Positions 11,689-23,851 of a stretch of 60,061 nt of DNA are shown piece after piece. Source of the DNA: Bigelowiella natans CCMP2755 (lineage: Eukaryota > Protista > Cercozoa); the NCBI GenBank assembly GCA_000320545.1, contig ADNK01000994.1, forward strand, positions 1 to 60,061. Reading direction: 5' to 3'. Both the position numbers and the translations under genes were made by a program. The notes beneath the pieces are model-generated. The model was not told the origin of the DNA. It saw only the letters and a program-made list of their open reading frames with translations, and made no database searches. Position 1 is the first letter of the stretch; each line of letters begins with the position of its first letter.

Positions 11689-13293
11689 CTAACTGTTGCC
11701 CGCAGTGGCTTCGGTGTTCTCCGTTCCCTTGGAGCTGCTCTCGCTAAAGAGTGCAGCATTTTCCTTCTGCGTCCTCCTAGCTTCTTCCCTGCGTGCCTCG
11801 AGGGCCGCCTGTCGTGCCTCGTCTTTCTCTTTCTTCTCCTTGGCCAAAGCATCTTGCCGTGCCTTGAAGGCACTGTGATTCTCCTGGGCCAGCAGCTCGC
11901 GCTCCTTCTTCTTTTCTTCCTCTGCGCGTTTTTTTGCCTCCTCGATCTCTTTCTCTTTGGCTTCTCTCTCAGCCTTGATTGCGAGGGCGTTCTCTTCCTG
12001 TCGCTGTCGTGCCTCCTCCTTTCGCCTTTCTAATGCCTCCTTCTTTCTCTGCTCTTTGAGCTGTTTTTCCTTCTCGAGCTCTCGTTGCTTTGCAGCAAAT
12101 GCGTTGGCCTGATCACTAGCAACACGCTCGCGCTGTTTTCTCCTTTCTTCCTCTGCGCGTTTTTTCGCCTCTTCAATCTCTTTCTCCTTAGCTTCTTTCT
12201 CAGCCTTGATTGCGAGGGCGTTCTCTTCCTGTCGCTGTCGTGCCTCCTCCTTTCGCCTTTCTAATGCCTCCTTCTTTCTCTGCTCTTTGAGCGCCTTCTC
12301 AGCCTCCATTTCCTTCTTCTTCTGGGCGAACTTCTTGGCGTTCTCCTCGGCGATGCGGCGCCGCTCTTCCTCCTTCTGGGCCTCCACGCGTTTTTTCGCC
12401 TCTTCAATCTCTTTCTCCTTAGCTTCTTTCTCAGCCTTGATTGCGAGGGCGTTCTCTTCCTGTCGCTGTCGTGCCTCTTCCTTTCGCCTTTCTAATGCCT
12501 CCTTCTTTCTCTGCTCTTTGAGCGCCTTCTCAGCCTCCATTTCCTTCTTCTTCTGGGCGAACTTCTTGGCGTTCTCCTCGGCGATGCGGCGCCGCTCTTC
12601 CTCCTTCTGGGCCTCCACGCGTTTTTTCGCCTCTTCAATCTCTTTCTCCTTAGCTTCTTTCTCGGCCTTGATTGCGAGGGCGTTCTCTTCCTGTCGCTGT
12701 CGTGCCTCTTCCTTTCGCCTTTCTAATGCCTCCTTCTTTCTCTGCTCTTTGAGCGCCTTCTCAGCCTCCATTTCCTTCTTCTTCTGGGCGAACTTCTTGG
12801 CGTTCTCCTCGGCGATGCGGCGCCGCTCTTCCTCCTTCTGGGCCTCCAAGCGCTTCTTCGTCTCTGCAGCCTCACGCTCTGCAGCTTCTTTCTCTTCTTG
12901 CTCCCGCTTTCGCCTCTGTTTCTGTTGTTCCAAAAGCTCTTGCTTCCTCTGCTTCGCCGCTTCCTCTTTTGCTTTAGCTGCAAGCTTCTCTTGCTGAGCC
13001 TTTTCCTCTTTCACTTTTGCTACCTCGCGCGCGCGCTCCTCTTGCACGGCGCGCGCCTCGTTCTTGCGCTTCTCTAGCTCCTCGAGCTTGTGCTTCTCCA
13101 TTTCAGCTTTGTGCCGTTCGGCCTCCTCCCTCTTTGCTTTCCACCTGTGCGTGCATATCGTCGTGAAGGGCATCAGTGAGGTTGTTCTTGTTGATTATTA
13201 TGATGGTGATGATGAGTTGACGATACATGACGAAGCCCCTAGAGATGATGGCAACAGAGTTGATAGAATATTGTACACACGAAAATACTGCAT

Positions 13294-13364
<71 letters not shown>

Positions 13365-13808
13365 ATATTAGCATTGAAGGGGGGGAGAGGATAGAATATC
13401 ACCTTGCATGAGACGCATTGGCCGCTGCCCGACGAGCTGCCTCTTTTTCCTCTGCCAGCTTCTTCGCGTGCTCCTTCCGTTGCTCTTCCTCTTCTGCTGC
13501 CTGCGTGTAGTGTGTGTATACACATGATATATGGTGATACGTTCAACTCATTATGCGTGTTTGTATGTATGTGTGTGTGTGTGTCATAGGTCATAAAAAG
13601 AGGGAAGGAGGGAAAACCTTTCTCCGATCCTCTTGCTGCTTCTCTTTCAACATCCGTGCCCTTTCCTCCCGCTCTCGTTTCTAAGAGGAGGAATACGATG
13701 ATGGTCATTCTCAGCTGCCAATCTCATGCATAGTTAGTCACGATGAATAACACTGATGATATCAGATATCAGGAAGAGGAAGCACTAAGCCTATGGAATG
13801 GGAAACCA

Positions 13809-13864
<56 letters not shown>

Positions 13865-14434
13865 CGGGGGAGGTGGAAGGGGTGAAGAAGACCTTCTGCT
13901 CCTCCCTTAGCTTGATAGCTTCCTTCTCTTGCCTTTCTCGCTCAAGCTGCGCCTCGCGCACCTTGGATGTGATTATTGTTATGATGAGAAGGACCGTTAA
14001 CAGCAGCATCGACGAAGAAGAAAAAGAGATTCAATTAGCGAAAGAGACGACTCTTCCTCCACCCTCTCCCCAGGTATGGACCACTTTCCCAACCTTCTTT
14101 GCCCTTGCCTTTTGCCTTGCAGCCGCTTCTTCCCTCTGACGCTTCTTCGCCTCCTCGGCCATCTACGAGGGGAAAAGATGGAAGGACAAAAAGAGTAGGA
14201 GATTATTAAACGATACTTAATAACGTGCCATAATGCGTACCACGCAGCTCTCAAAGAATCCCAAAAATATAAACTAACAGCGATTGTATACACCTTTTCC
14301 TTCTCTTTCTCGCGCTCCTTTGCCTCGCGCATACGTCTCTGTGTGTGAAGGGGGGGGAGGGGGGGCGAGGGAGCGTATATCTAGATTATTTCTATTGTCG
14401 TATCCTTTGTCGCAGCTTCTTCTGGATATGTCTA

Positions 14435-14487
<53 letters not shown>

Positions 14488-15194
14488 GCCACCAGGAAGA
14501 GTGCACGGCTAGAGCCTTTCGCCTTTATTCGTTCAGGTTGTGCGCCGACCGCTTCGGCCGCCTTTTCGAATCCAGCAGTCTTTTTATTGGTATGGGGAGG
14601 GCGAAAGAGTTTTATGGAGGTGAGGGGGGGGAGTGTGGATGAACAGACTATGAGAAAGATCCCTTTCGCTTAAATCAGTGTCACCCATTGGTGAAACGCA
14701 TCAATTAATTATCAACCGTAAAAGTATGTGTTAAGAGTAGTAGCGCACCAAGTGTTTGATCGATTTCTTAGGCCCTTTCACCGCTGTTTTGGGCTTCGAC
14801 TCACTGTCAGTAGATCCGGCGCTGTTAGATCTACAAAAATGTATGCGCATATGTATGTGCGTGTATGGCTCTTCAACGTGAATAAGGTTTCCGTCAAGTA
14901 TCGCCGGAAGCTTGAAATGGAAGGAGTAATTACATACCGACAAGCGAGCACAAAGAACAAATATGGATTCAATCGCAAAAATCGAAGGAGAAGCGTACGA
15001 TTCTGATGTGCCTCCCTTAAGCTTTAACTTGCGTCCACGTCGAGGCCTTCTTGCCACAGCGAGCATGGGATCTTCCTCCTCCTTAACCTCGAACTTGGTG
15101 AGAAGATTTTTTCTACAAGCGGGGATGCGTTAAATCGATTCCAAATTTTAAAGTATGTGAGATTCCTTTACATCGAGTTGCGTCGCCCAGCCAT
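11689..15194 (-). CDS. Long E/K/R/A/Q-rich coiled-coil protein with internal 77-aa tandem repeats, multi-exon
   Basis: 494-aa ORF 11689..13173 of charged helical sequence, plus upstream short charged exons (REAQLERERQEKEAIKLREEQK, REAKEREKEKEK). ATG at 15194 is tentative. Confidence 0.75.
11880..12850 (-). repeat. Exonic tandem repeat, 231-bp (77-aa) unit, three near-identical copies plus diverged ones
   Basis: Marker CCTTGATTGCGAGGGCG recurs at 11973, 12204, 12435 and 12666 (spacing 231). Confidence 0.95.
13297..13360. repeat. Intronic compound microsatellite (CT)n(GT)n, representative of dozens in the window
   Basis: Seen directly. Similar (AT)n, (CA)n, (AG)n, (CAT)n, (TAG)n and poly-G/C tracts occur in most introns. 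Confidence 0.95.
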
Positions 15195-16543
15195 GAGAAT
15201 TTTTCCAAAGCCCGAAAAGCTTCCTTTTAATCCGGTTCTCTGATAATCACTTTGTTGATCAGAGAATAATATCTGCCTCATGTGTTGTCCCATGGATTTC
15301 AGCGTGCAACTATGCTCTTCCTCTATACTCATGCATTGGTATATGTGCTTGTCAAATCGATGAGATAGGGCTGCAGTGTTTCCTTTTCCTTTCCTCTATT
15401 CAAACTGGCTATCCATAAAATCCTCCGAACCCAAAAATTGTACAGTTGTTGGAAGATATCATATTATATCTTCCACAGGAAACGCCAAAAATACCCACTT
15501 TAGCTTATGACTAACCAAAGATTTTCGATGTGAGAATATTGGTGTATTTTATCACGTTCAAATCATCAAAAACCTTCGAACCTAACATGATAAAGAACCG
15601 TGCGGCTCAAAGATGTGCGTGGGCGCGTGCGCCACACGCCATCTCTGAGAACATCTCACGTTTCTGCATCACGTCACGTTTTGGCCCACATCAAACTCTA
15701 TTTGCACGTGGGTAGGAAATGTATTGTTTACAACTTCTGCTCAAGGTGTAGGAAGGACGGGAGGGAGGTGACGGAAGAAAGAGGAGGACGAGGGGAGGAA
15801 CTACCTGCTGATTTGGTTGATGAGTTGATAGAAAACCCGGTAATTTTTGGTAAAATCATCGAAAATTCCCCTCGACTCACCGGGTGCAGTCATACCCACG
15901 GAACTGTAGCTCCAAGTTCAGAACAAGGACACTTTTTCCTTTCCGAGGAATGGTAACAATCCATGATTTTGGTTCAATGCGACGTGGAAGGAAACAAAAA
16001 AAGCGGGGAAAACCAAAGCATTTAGCAGTTACGAAGGTTTGACTACTCCTGAATATTTTAAGTTGTCTCAAGCATACAGTTCCCGATTTCTGTCCTGATT
16101 TTTTAGAGGCACATTGCCACATTACACGGATCCGAAGACGTTTGTGCAGTTTCGTTGGCCTTACTAGATAAAAGATTTTAGATGTTTTTGTAATACTTTC
16201 CATTTTTTCGGATAATTAAAATCAAATTTTGTTGAACGAGAGAATTACCAAATTAAGAATTTCTTTTAGTACATATTGGTTGGAAGCGATGCAAAATATG
16301 GACTAATTTTGAAATCTAAACTGGACGAGTTGTTGATCCTGGAGCTCCCTGAACGGCTTGCCTCGCCAGCAGGTAAACAGTTTCCCCAGTGCCAAAAAGC
16401 TTATACTCTGCATGCAGAAACACATACCATTCATAAGATAGGGAAATTGACGGAAACATCGTTTTCTTTGCAATATCATCAAACTTTTTGTGTTAACTGC
16501 GATAATATGTTTTAACTGACTAAATTGCTTGGCTGAAGTAGAA

Positions 16544-17209
16544 ATGGAGTACGCAATTCAACAGCTGCAAGATGAGAATGAATATGAGTTGTACGAAGGA
16601 CGACCCGGAAGGCTGAAGTTTCTATTAGAAACTTTCTACTCTAAATTAGATTCGAAGCTCCCTTATGAGATGATCTTTCTGATTGTATCATTTGACAACG
16701 ATTCATCGATTTGCTTCGAGTGCCAAAAAGTGCTGCCTATCTATGAACTCGCCATGGCGGACAATGGACCTATGTTCAAATGCAGCGGTAGTGGGTATAT
16801 ATGTGTACCATGCCTAAGATCAACCATCGGGTTTTCCTTCTGTAAAGACAGTGAATATAAAGAGAGCAAAGTCGTCTTGGCAATTTCTTGATTTCTTGAA
16901 AGCTATATACGATGCTGAAGATCTGGTTAACTATAAGGTGATCATCATTGGAAAACTATTATCGCACTACAACATACAAGTTCGAATGTGCTATTTGTTT
17001 AGTTTGTCTTACAGAAGTGAAAAAATGACAAGAAATAAAAATCTTCAGTCCAAAATTTTAATGGAAGCTTACAGATTGTACAGATAAATTCCAATTTGAA
17101 TCATATTTTAAACATACAGAATATCCATGTGTACAACATGTAAATGCATGTCTATTGATCCAAGCAGCTCTACACTGTCCAGAAAAACCAATCTGTTGGC
17201 AATAAATGA
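16544..17209 (+). CDS. Small hypothetical protein with possible Cys-rich zinc-binding module
   Basis: ORF MEYAIQQLQDENEYELY...KLPYEMIFLIVSF...CFECQK...FKCSGSGYICVPC, followed by short GT-AG-bounded blocks. 3' structure uncertain. Confidence 0.45.
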
Positions 17210-17819
17210 GCAGCGGTATATCGTCAGTACCTAATGACAGATTCTATAATACTTAGATCATATCATTTCATGCCGACATATTAAGTCCTGCAAACACCTT
17301 CATGAGAAAATTTCAATTTTAAGCAGAGTTAGGAATTTAAATATCACATAGGATGTATTACGATGTGCACATACTGAGTCATTCGGCCATATATGTGCAT
17401 AGAAACGCCTGCGGCGTAAATTCAATGCACCGCGCATGCTTCATACGGACAACGTAAAATGCCTACTACATGTACATAATTGTATGTACATGTGCATGTG
17501 TGTGCAAATGTGTAGATGCATGATACTCTGTCTCTGTCAAGCATTCCATACGTGCATCTCAACAAGCACATGCGTTCACATGTTGCAATGCTGCACTACC
17601 TGTGCACAGCTAATGTGCCACACATGTGTGTTGACACTAGAGCCCGTTACGCCCAAGCTAGTAGCAAGTGTCTTGTGCGCATGCAGCATCATCATGACGA
17701 CATACATCGTACCACTCTAGTACTGAATGTCTAGATGCATTTAAATAGCCTTGGCTGATCACGTGTCAATGACATTCGACGCATCCAGCACGAACCTGTA
17801 ACACTGGCGGGTGGTGGCT

Positions 17820-19180
17820 TCACATTGGGGCAGTTGAAAGGAGACTGTGTGCCATCACAGGAAAAGAAAGTGTGTGCACAGAATTCCATGACGTTTTCTG
17901 CCAACTAGCCAAGCTAGCAAGGGCACTGCTACACGTCACTTCGCGTGTGATCGATCCACTTCTGCACTTCATCGTCTCATCGCTAGATCGTCTCTCGTTT
18001 GTTCTGTGATGCCGCTTGGCAACAGTGTCCTTTTTCATGCGCCATTTTGCTTTGAAACCTTCACAATGTTGGTGAGACCCTTTGGGGTGCCAAACTTGAG
18101 GCTGCAACTCCTTCACTCTCTGGATCGAGGTTTGCTTTGCTTTCCACAAAAAACTTTGACAATGTTTTGCGACATCGGTTGAACAAGCTTCTTTGCACAC
18201 CTTGCTACAGCCTTGCTCAAAGGTGTCTGGATGTGTGACAAGTGCCAGAGCCTGCTCATCATCAGCTTCAAAGTCTGCCTTGTTCTCCGCCAGCCAAACG
18301 ATCGAAGCCTCACAACGCTTCCACACGTCCAATGTCATCACGTCACGAACAATTGCCCAACGTGAAGCTGTCACCCAAGGTCCCATGCACGTCCCACGAA
18401 ACAATTCTTCCATCGCAGCAATGTTTGGCTCACTTTTGTCAGCGAGTGCTTCGTTTGTGGTTTCAAAATTGTTTGATTGTGATGGCATGAATTGAAGCTG
18501 TTTTGTCTTCGTCATTGCCAAGTTGCATTGATGTGTGCTTCACTTTTCACCAACACCTAGTTCAAAATGCCAAAATTGTCTTTGAGGAATTTGGGAATGC
18601 CCAAACAAAGCAAAGATGTCCAGTTCGGCCATGCAAATCCATGGAAATCCATTGTGCGCGTGTGTGTGTCGCTATCCCTCCTCCTCTAATCTCCGATGTG
18701 CATCTGCATGGTTGTGGGCGTGCTTTGTGGAAATCTTCACCGTGCCGTTCCAATTTTTGCTGATCGAGGGAATCCATCCAAGCGACACTCCAGAACCCTT
18801 TTTTATAATTGTTGAACCAAATCCATGTCGTCATTCCTATGTGCATTGGGATTTTTGTGAAAATACTAATATTGTAAAAATGCAGGTGATATTTTTTTCG
18901 CGACAAGTTTTTGACATGAAGATTTCCTGTTGTCCATGACCGTTTCTGTTGCACGAAGGTAACGCCTGCTCTGCTTGTCGCACAAGCGCTCGAAAGCGAA
19001 TAGTTTCGTCGAGGCATTCTTCTCAACCAGCCTGGTATGTGCCCTCCCTGAACAAGATTCAACACAAAGCAGAGATCTCTTCCGTACCCTCGGTGGAAGA
19101 CCGTCTTAAGAATATCTTACAACATGAACGATTTCGCAGCGGGAATATCTCGCATCCTTTTGTTTGCTCGTAGTGCTCAT
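17820..19180 (-). pseudogene. Degenerate gene whose 3' half is TpA-erased (233-aa ORF with no Tyr)
   Basis: ORF 17820..18521 is globular-looking (ELFRGTCMGPWVTASRWAIVRDV...DDEQALALV...VWHPKG) with 0 Tyr and 9 Cys. The upstream part is frame-disrupted. Confidence 0.55.
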
Positions 19181-19275
19181 CTCCTCTCCTTTCTGCTTCC
19201 AACGTAGGAAGAATCAGTAAGGCGCCGAAAATCCGAAGAACGGTTCTGTTGCATCCCCTATAAGTTTAGGAAAGG

Positions 19276-19399
19276 ATGGATCACACCCAATTGAACGCCT
19301 TTATCGACTTGGTATCCCATGCAGGAGGCAAATGTTCACTTCATTGTGGACATGTACTCGTCAGCTTAGCATTGCGTCTCGCTTATGCGTACACACATA

Positions 19400-19438
<39 letters not shown>

Positions 19439-19520
19439 TCACACGCACATACACACGCACACAAAGACGCACGCACACCCATATGTAGCTATACAGAGAC
19501 CGTGTGCGCTTTATCTCTCC

Positions 19521-19565
<45 letters not shown>

Positions 19566-19977
19566 AACTTTATTCATGCAAACGTACGGTAGCCTTCCCG
19601 GCCTGCGAGTAGAGGCTACGGCTTCACCCAGTCTCACCATCGATCTCCCCTAGCGACAGCAGCACAGCATAGTATAAGAGGAAGAGGCAATACGGGAGTC
19701 TTCCTCGGACCAAGTGAGTTTCTGTCTATATCGCCATTCTATCGATCGTCTGCATGCAAATAAATTCCACTCCGCCACCATCTGAGATCTTCTGTCAATC
19801 TCTCCTCCCCTCCTCGTCGGATATTCAGAACCGGACCGATTTGCACCCCCAGCGCGTGTTATTCAAACTTCAAATGATGGCACGCAGTGGCACAGCTATG
19901 GTATGTTCGTAGTACAAAAGAGACATGTGGCCACGCGTGTGAATGTGCTTCTACTATATATGTCAGTGTGTGAGAGG

Positions 19978-20015
<38 letters not shown>

Positions 20016-20183
20016 TGTAACGAAGACCACATTATTGTATAACACTTATTTACTGCTCGCAATCAGACTATAGACACTCACGAGTAGACAAGATCAATAA
20101 TACGTTAGAGAATGCAAGGTCATACAGAAATTGTACACTCAAATTTTATTTATACAAAGATAATGAAAGAGAGAAGGGAAAGG

Positions 20184-20239
<56 letters not shown>

Positions 20240-21022
20240 AACGTGTGCGTGTGCGTGTGCAATACGCATGTATAAACCAATTCATCTATTCCCCGCATCC
20301 CCAACACTAATTGCCTTTCCCCACCCCCAAGCAACAACTGAGAGAAGAATTCGACCCAATTTAGGTTGAAACCAAGGCCAGCAGACTTACATGCAATGGC
20401 AAAGCTCAAGTGCAAAGGAGGTAGCTTTACGAAGGAGGAGGACGAGGAGGAGGAGGAGGAGAAGGAATAATGGAACTAGTCATTAGCTCATTTTCCTTCG
20501 CCAACATCAAGAATAAATAGATGATTTATGCCTTCACGCTCTCGATGATATTCACCAATTATCACAGGGAAAGAGGAGCCGGGAACGTTATCATACACGC
20601 GGCCACAATTTCGATGCGGCAGACATTATGATCCTGAGGTCTTCCCCCCCCCCCCCTCCTCCCCTCCCCCCTCCCCCCTCTTAAACCTTATCTCACAAAT
20701 TCCACTCCCTCCCCGACGCCTACTTTTTCAGATCGCGCCCAAGAAATCAGATCTGCCAAGCGATATTATGCAAAAGCTCGAGTTGTGACGACACCATTTA
20801 ATTAGAAACGATCTAGAAAGAAATCGCGAAGAGGCATGACATTCACGCACACATGATGAAACTCAGGTCTGGAAGCCTGGTATAGGCTGCGATGCGGAGG
20901 AAGGCAATGAAGGTATATGCCGCCGGTGGGACAACTGTTGGCATCATTGATTGAAGACATGAATTCCTTCTTTTATGGATAGACTTTGCGCTCGCTTACT
21001 AACACGCTACTACACCACTTCC

Positions 21023-21072
<50 letters not shown>

Positions 21073-21928
21073 CTTATATATGTTTGTGTGTGTGTATGTG
21101 TGTGTATGTGTGTGTAAGATGTATGCTTTTCTTGGTTTTCTTGGTCCCCGAATCGAACAACTACTCATCATCCAATGGTTTCCATGCCCTTCTGCTGCCC
21201 AGGCTGAGCGCGATATGCAGCACGCCCGGAAAGAACTACGACGGCGCCAATTCGAGGTCGATCGAAGGCAGGGCTATATGAAGAGACACCACAAGGAAGG
21301 AGTCTTGCAACTAGACAAACCTGACTTCAACGACTCGCAGATGTACGGTGAAATTAGATTATTGCGGCTATCAATAATTTTTGGGTTTCCTATGGCGGCG
21401 TGTCGCTTGAAAGAGGCATTCGCCGAAATTCTGATGTGTTACCGTGGAAAGTGGGCGCGTATCTCGCCCATGATTTTTCATATTTCGGGAGAAATCGTAC
21501 GTGTGAAGGCTGTGAAAGTAGCTTGTGTTTGTGTGTTTGGGGTGTGTATGTGTGCGTGTGTATGTAGAATACATGTCGTATAGACGATATATGGTGAGTG
21601 AAGTAGAATTCGTTTGTTCCACAGCTTTAATGAGCAGTCTAAGATAAATGAAAACTACATGAAGGTCAGTATCAGCAACAACGGTCGCCGTTATCGTGAA
21701 TAAGAATATATGCAAAAGTGAAGGCTTTTCCTCTCCCTCTTTCGATCTCTCTCTCTCCTCTCCCTCCTTCTCTACTATGCATATACTCGCGCACGCACAG
21801 GTCTGAAGTAACATATTTTCGTTAGACACGGAGCATCCAATCAAGTATGAGATCGCAGAACATCGTTAGTAACGCCAAGACTTACTCGTTCAAAGGTACT
21901 GGTGCAATTTGGCTGCTGATTTGATTAC

Positions 21929-21970
<42 letters not shown>

Positions 21971-21986
21971 GCGGTGCGCACCGTGC

Positions 21987-22028
<42 letters not shown>

Positions 22029-23124
22029 TTTATTATGTGTGTGTGTGTGTGTGTTATAATATGTGCATATGTGTTGTGGATGATGAATATGAACATCTCC
22101 CAGGCGACGCTGCTGTGACTCAAGGAGGAAATAGATTCTTCGGAGCGGATGAGCAGGTGGTTCAACCAAAAAAAGACTTCCCTGCATACACAACCCCTCA
22201 CACCTAGTGAGTGTGTACATAGTGTTCCTGGCAACAAATGGAACCCTCTCCTTGCCCTTGTTAAAACATCCATCCTCCTCTCCCCCCTCCCCGCTGCATT
22301 TGCACCTTCTCCAAGGATGAGGTTAGCCGGAGAGAGACGGCTTTGCTGCAGAAACGAGTCCGCAACGCTCCGAAGCTAGATACTCATGACCGGTTGATGA
22401 GAGCATTTTTCTTCGTTTTAAGGGATGTATGCATAAAGCCCCCCGGTGCTGCGTGGATGGAATGTACAATCAACACAAAGGGTGGGGGAGGTGGGGGAGA
22501 TAAATGTGTGTTGGCGAGGATAGACCCTCACTTTCATTGCCACTGCAGCCTCTTTGGATCTCCCCCGATAAAAGACCAGACTGAGAGGAAACGAAGGTGT
22601 CGTGTCCGTGCCCCTTATTCGTCGTATTTCAGGCGAAGATTTGTCTCCTCGCTTTCCACGAGATCGCTTCACCCTTGATGATTACACTCACACCAACACC
22701 TGCAACAATAACATCGGGCTTGTGTGCGTACGTGCGTACATGCGTACATGCGTGTGTGTGTGTGTGTGTGCGTGTGCGTGTGTGTGAGGACAAGTATGAA
22801 TTCTCTGCTCTCCGCTGTTCTCCTCTCCCTGCAGATTGCGGAACATCGAGACGAGGGGCCGGAGCGTCGATCCTATCTTCCACAAAAAGGCAAAAACCCC
22901 ACAACAACGACGACCATCAATCTGCAGCATGATTTGCTTCCAACTCATTTATGTGCTTATAATGTGAGAGCGCCACCAAGACGACTAAGTACTCAGTGTT
23001 CTGTATGAGAAAGTCTGAATAAATTGGGGAGAGAGGAATTCGATAGGTGCTCTAGATGGGTGAAGGCGTTTGTCTTCTTCCCCCTGTGTGCTCATCAACG
23101 TATATGTCCTCAACTATATGCGCA

Positions 23125-23159
<35 letters not shown>

Positions 23160-23286
23160 TTGTGTATGTGTTTGCCTTTAGATTGAGATAGATCCTCCTA
23201 CCGTGAAATTTGCGGAACGTCCTTTCCTCATCTCTCACAAGAATCAAACATTCAGCGACGATATCCCAGACATCTATCCGCATTAA
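19276..23286 (+). CDS. Multi-exon hypothetical protein (about 15 short exons)
   Basis: Canonical AG/GT-bounded blocks between microsatellite introns, e.g. MDHTQLNAFIDL|PSRPASRGYG..., AERDMQHARKELRRRQFEVDRRQGYMKRHHKEG..., and last exon IEIDPPTVKFAERPFLISHKNQTFSDDIPDIYPH*. Confidence 0.6.
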
Positions 23287-23694
23287 TCACCGTCTCCTCA
23301 GACTGTGGATTAAAAACAACAGGTTGAGGTTCACGGACCATCATGCATAGAGGATTAAATGCTTTGTAGAAGAGTTGAGATGCAAGAACGTAGCGCATGC
23401 CAGAAGTGCATGTTTGCTGTCGCCATGTAATTCATTTTTCCACATCGTGAGTAACTCAACGCGCGATTTTCTCGCAGATGTGGATGTGCAAGCACAGCAT
23501 GACGGTACTGAGAGCATTTCTCATTTAGCCGCATCAAGTTCTTTGTTGCTGCATGCATGCTGACTGGGAGGGAAAACTACTATGCTAGCAAACGCACAAT
23601 TCACCGCAAGCTGGCTAGCAGCACCCACATAGCAGCAACAGCGCATGCATGGACATGCACATGCGCATGATGCCAAATACATTGTCCTGATGCA

Positions 23695-23813
23695 TAATAG
23701 ACACAGCAATATGGTATATTATGAGACGGATGTGATGAAGAATTAAATTTTTTCAATGGTCATCCTGATGTAGCTGTGCAATGCAGCGGCTACAGCGCTA
23801 ATGTTGCATCTGG

Positions 23814-23851
<38 letters not shown>

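Noticed and set aside
11880-12850. CRISPR-like array
   Set aside because: Contiguous in-frame coding repeats without unique spacers; eukaryotic context and no cas genes.
12206-12997. 263-aa Ser/Phe-rich plus-strand ORF, and low TA in this region
   Set aside because: Antisense shadow of the E/K/R/A repeat. Low TA follows from amino-acid composition, so it is uninformative about hypermutation.
17881-18800. Explaining the TG/CA excess by CpG methylation decay or fungal-type RIP
   Set aside because: CG remains common in the tracts and TA is depleted, whereas RIP enriches TA and CpG decay does not remove TA.
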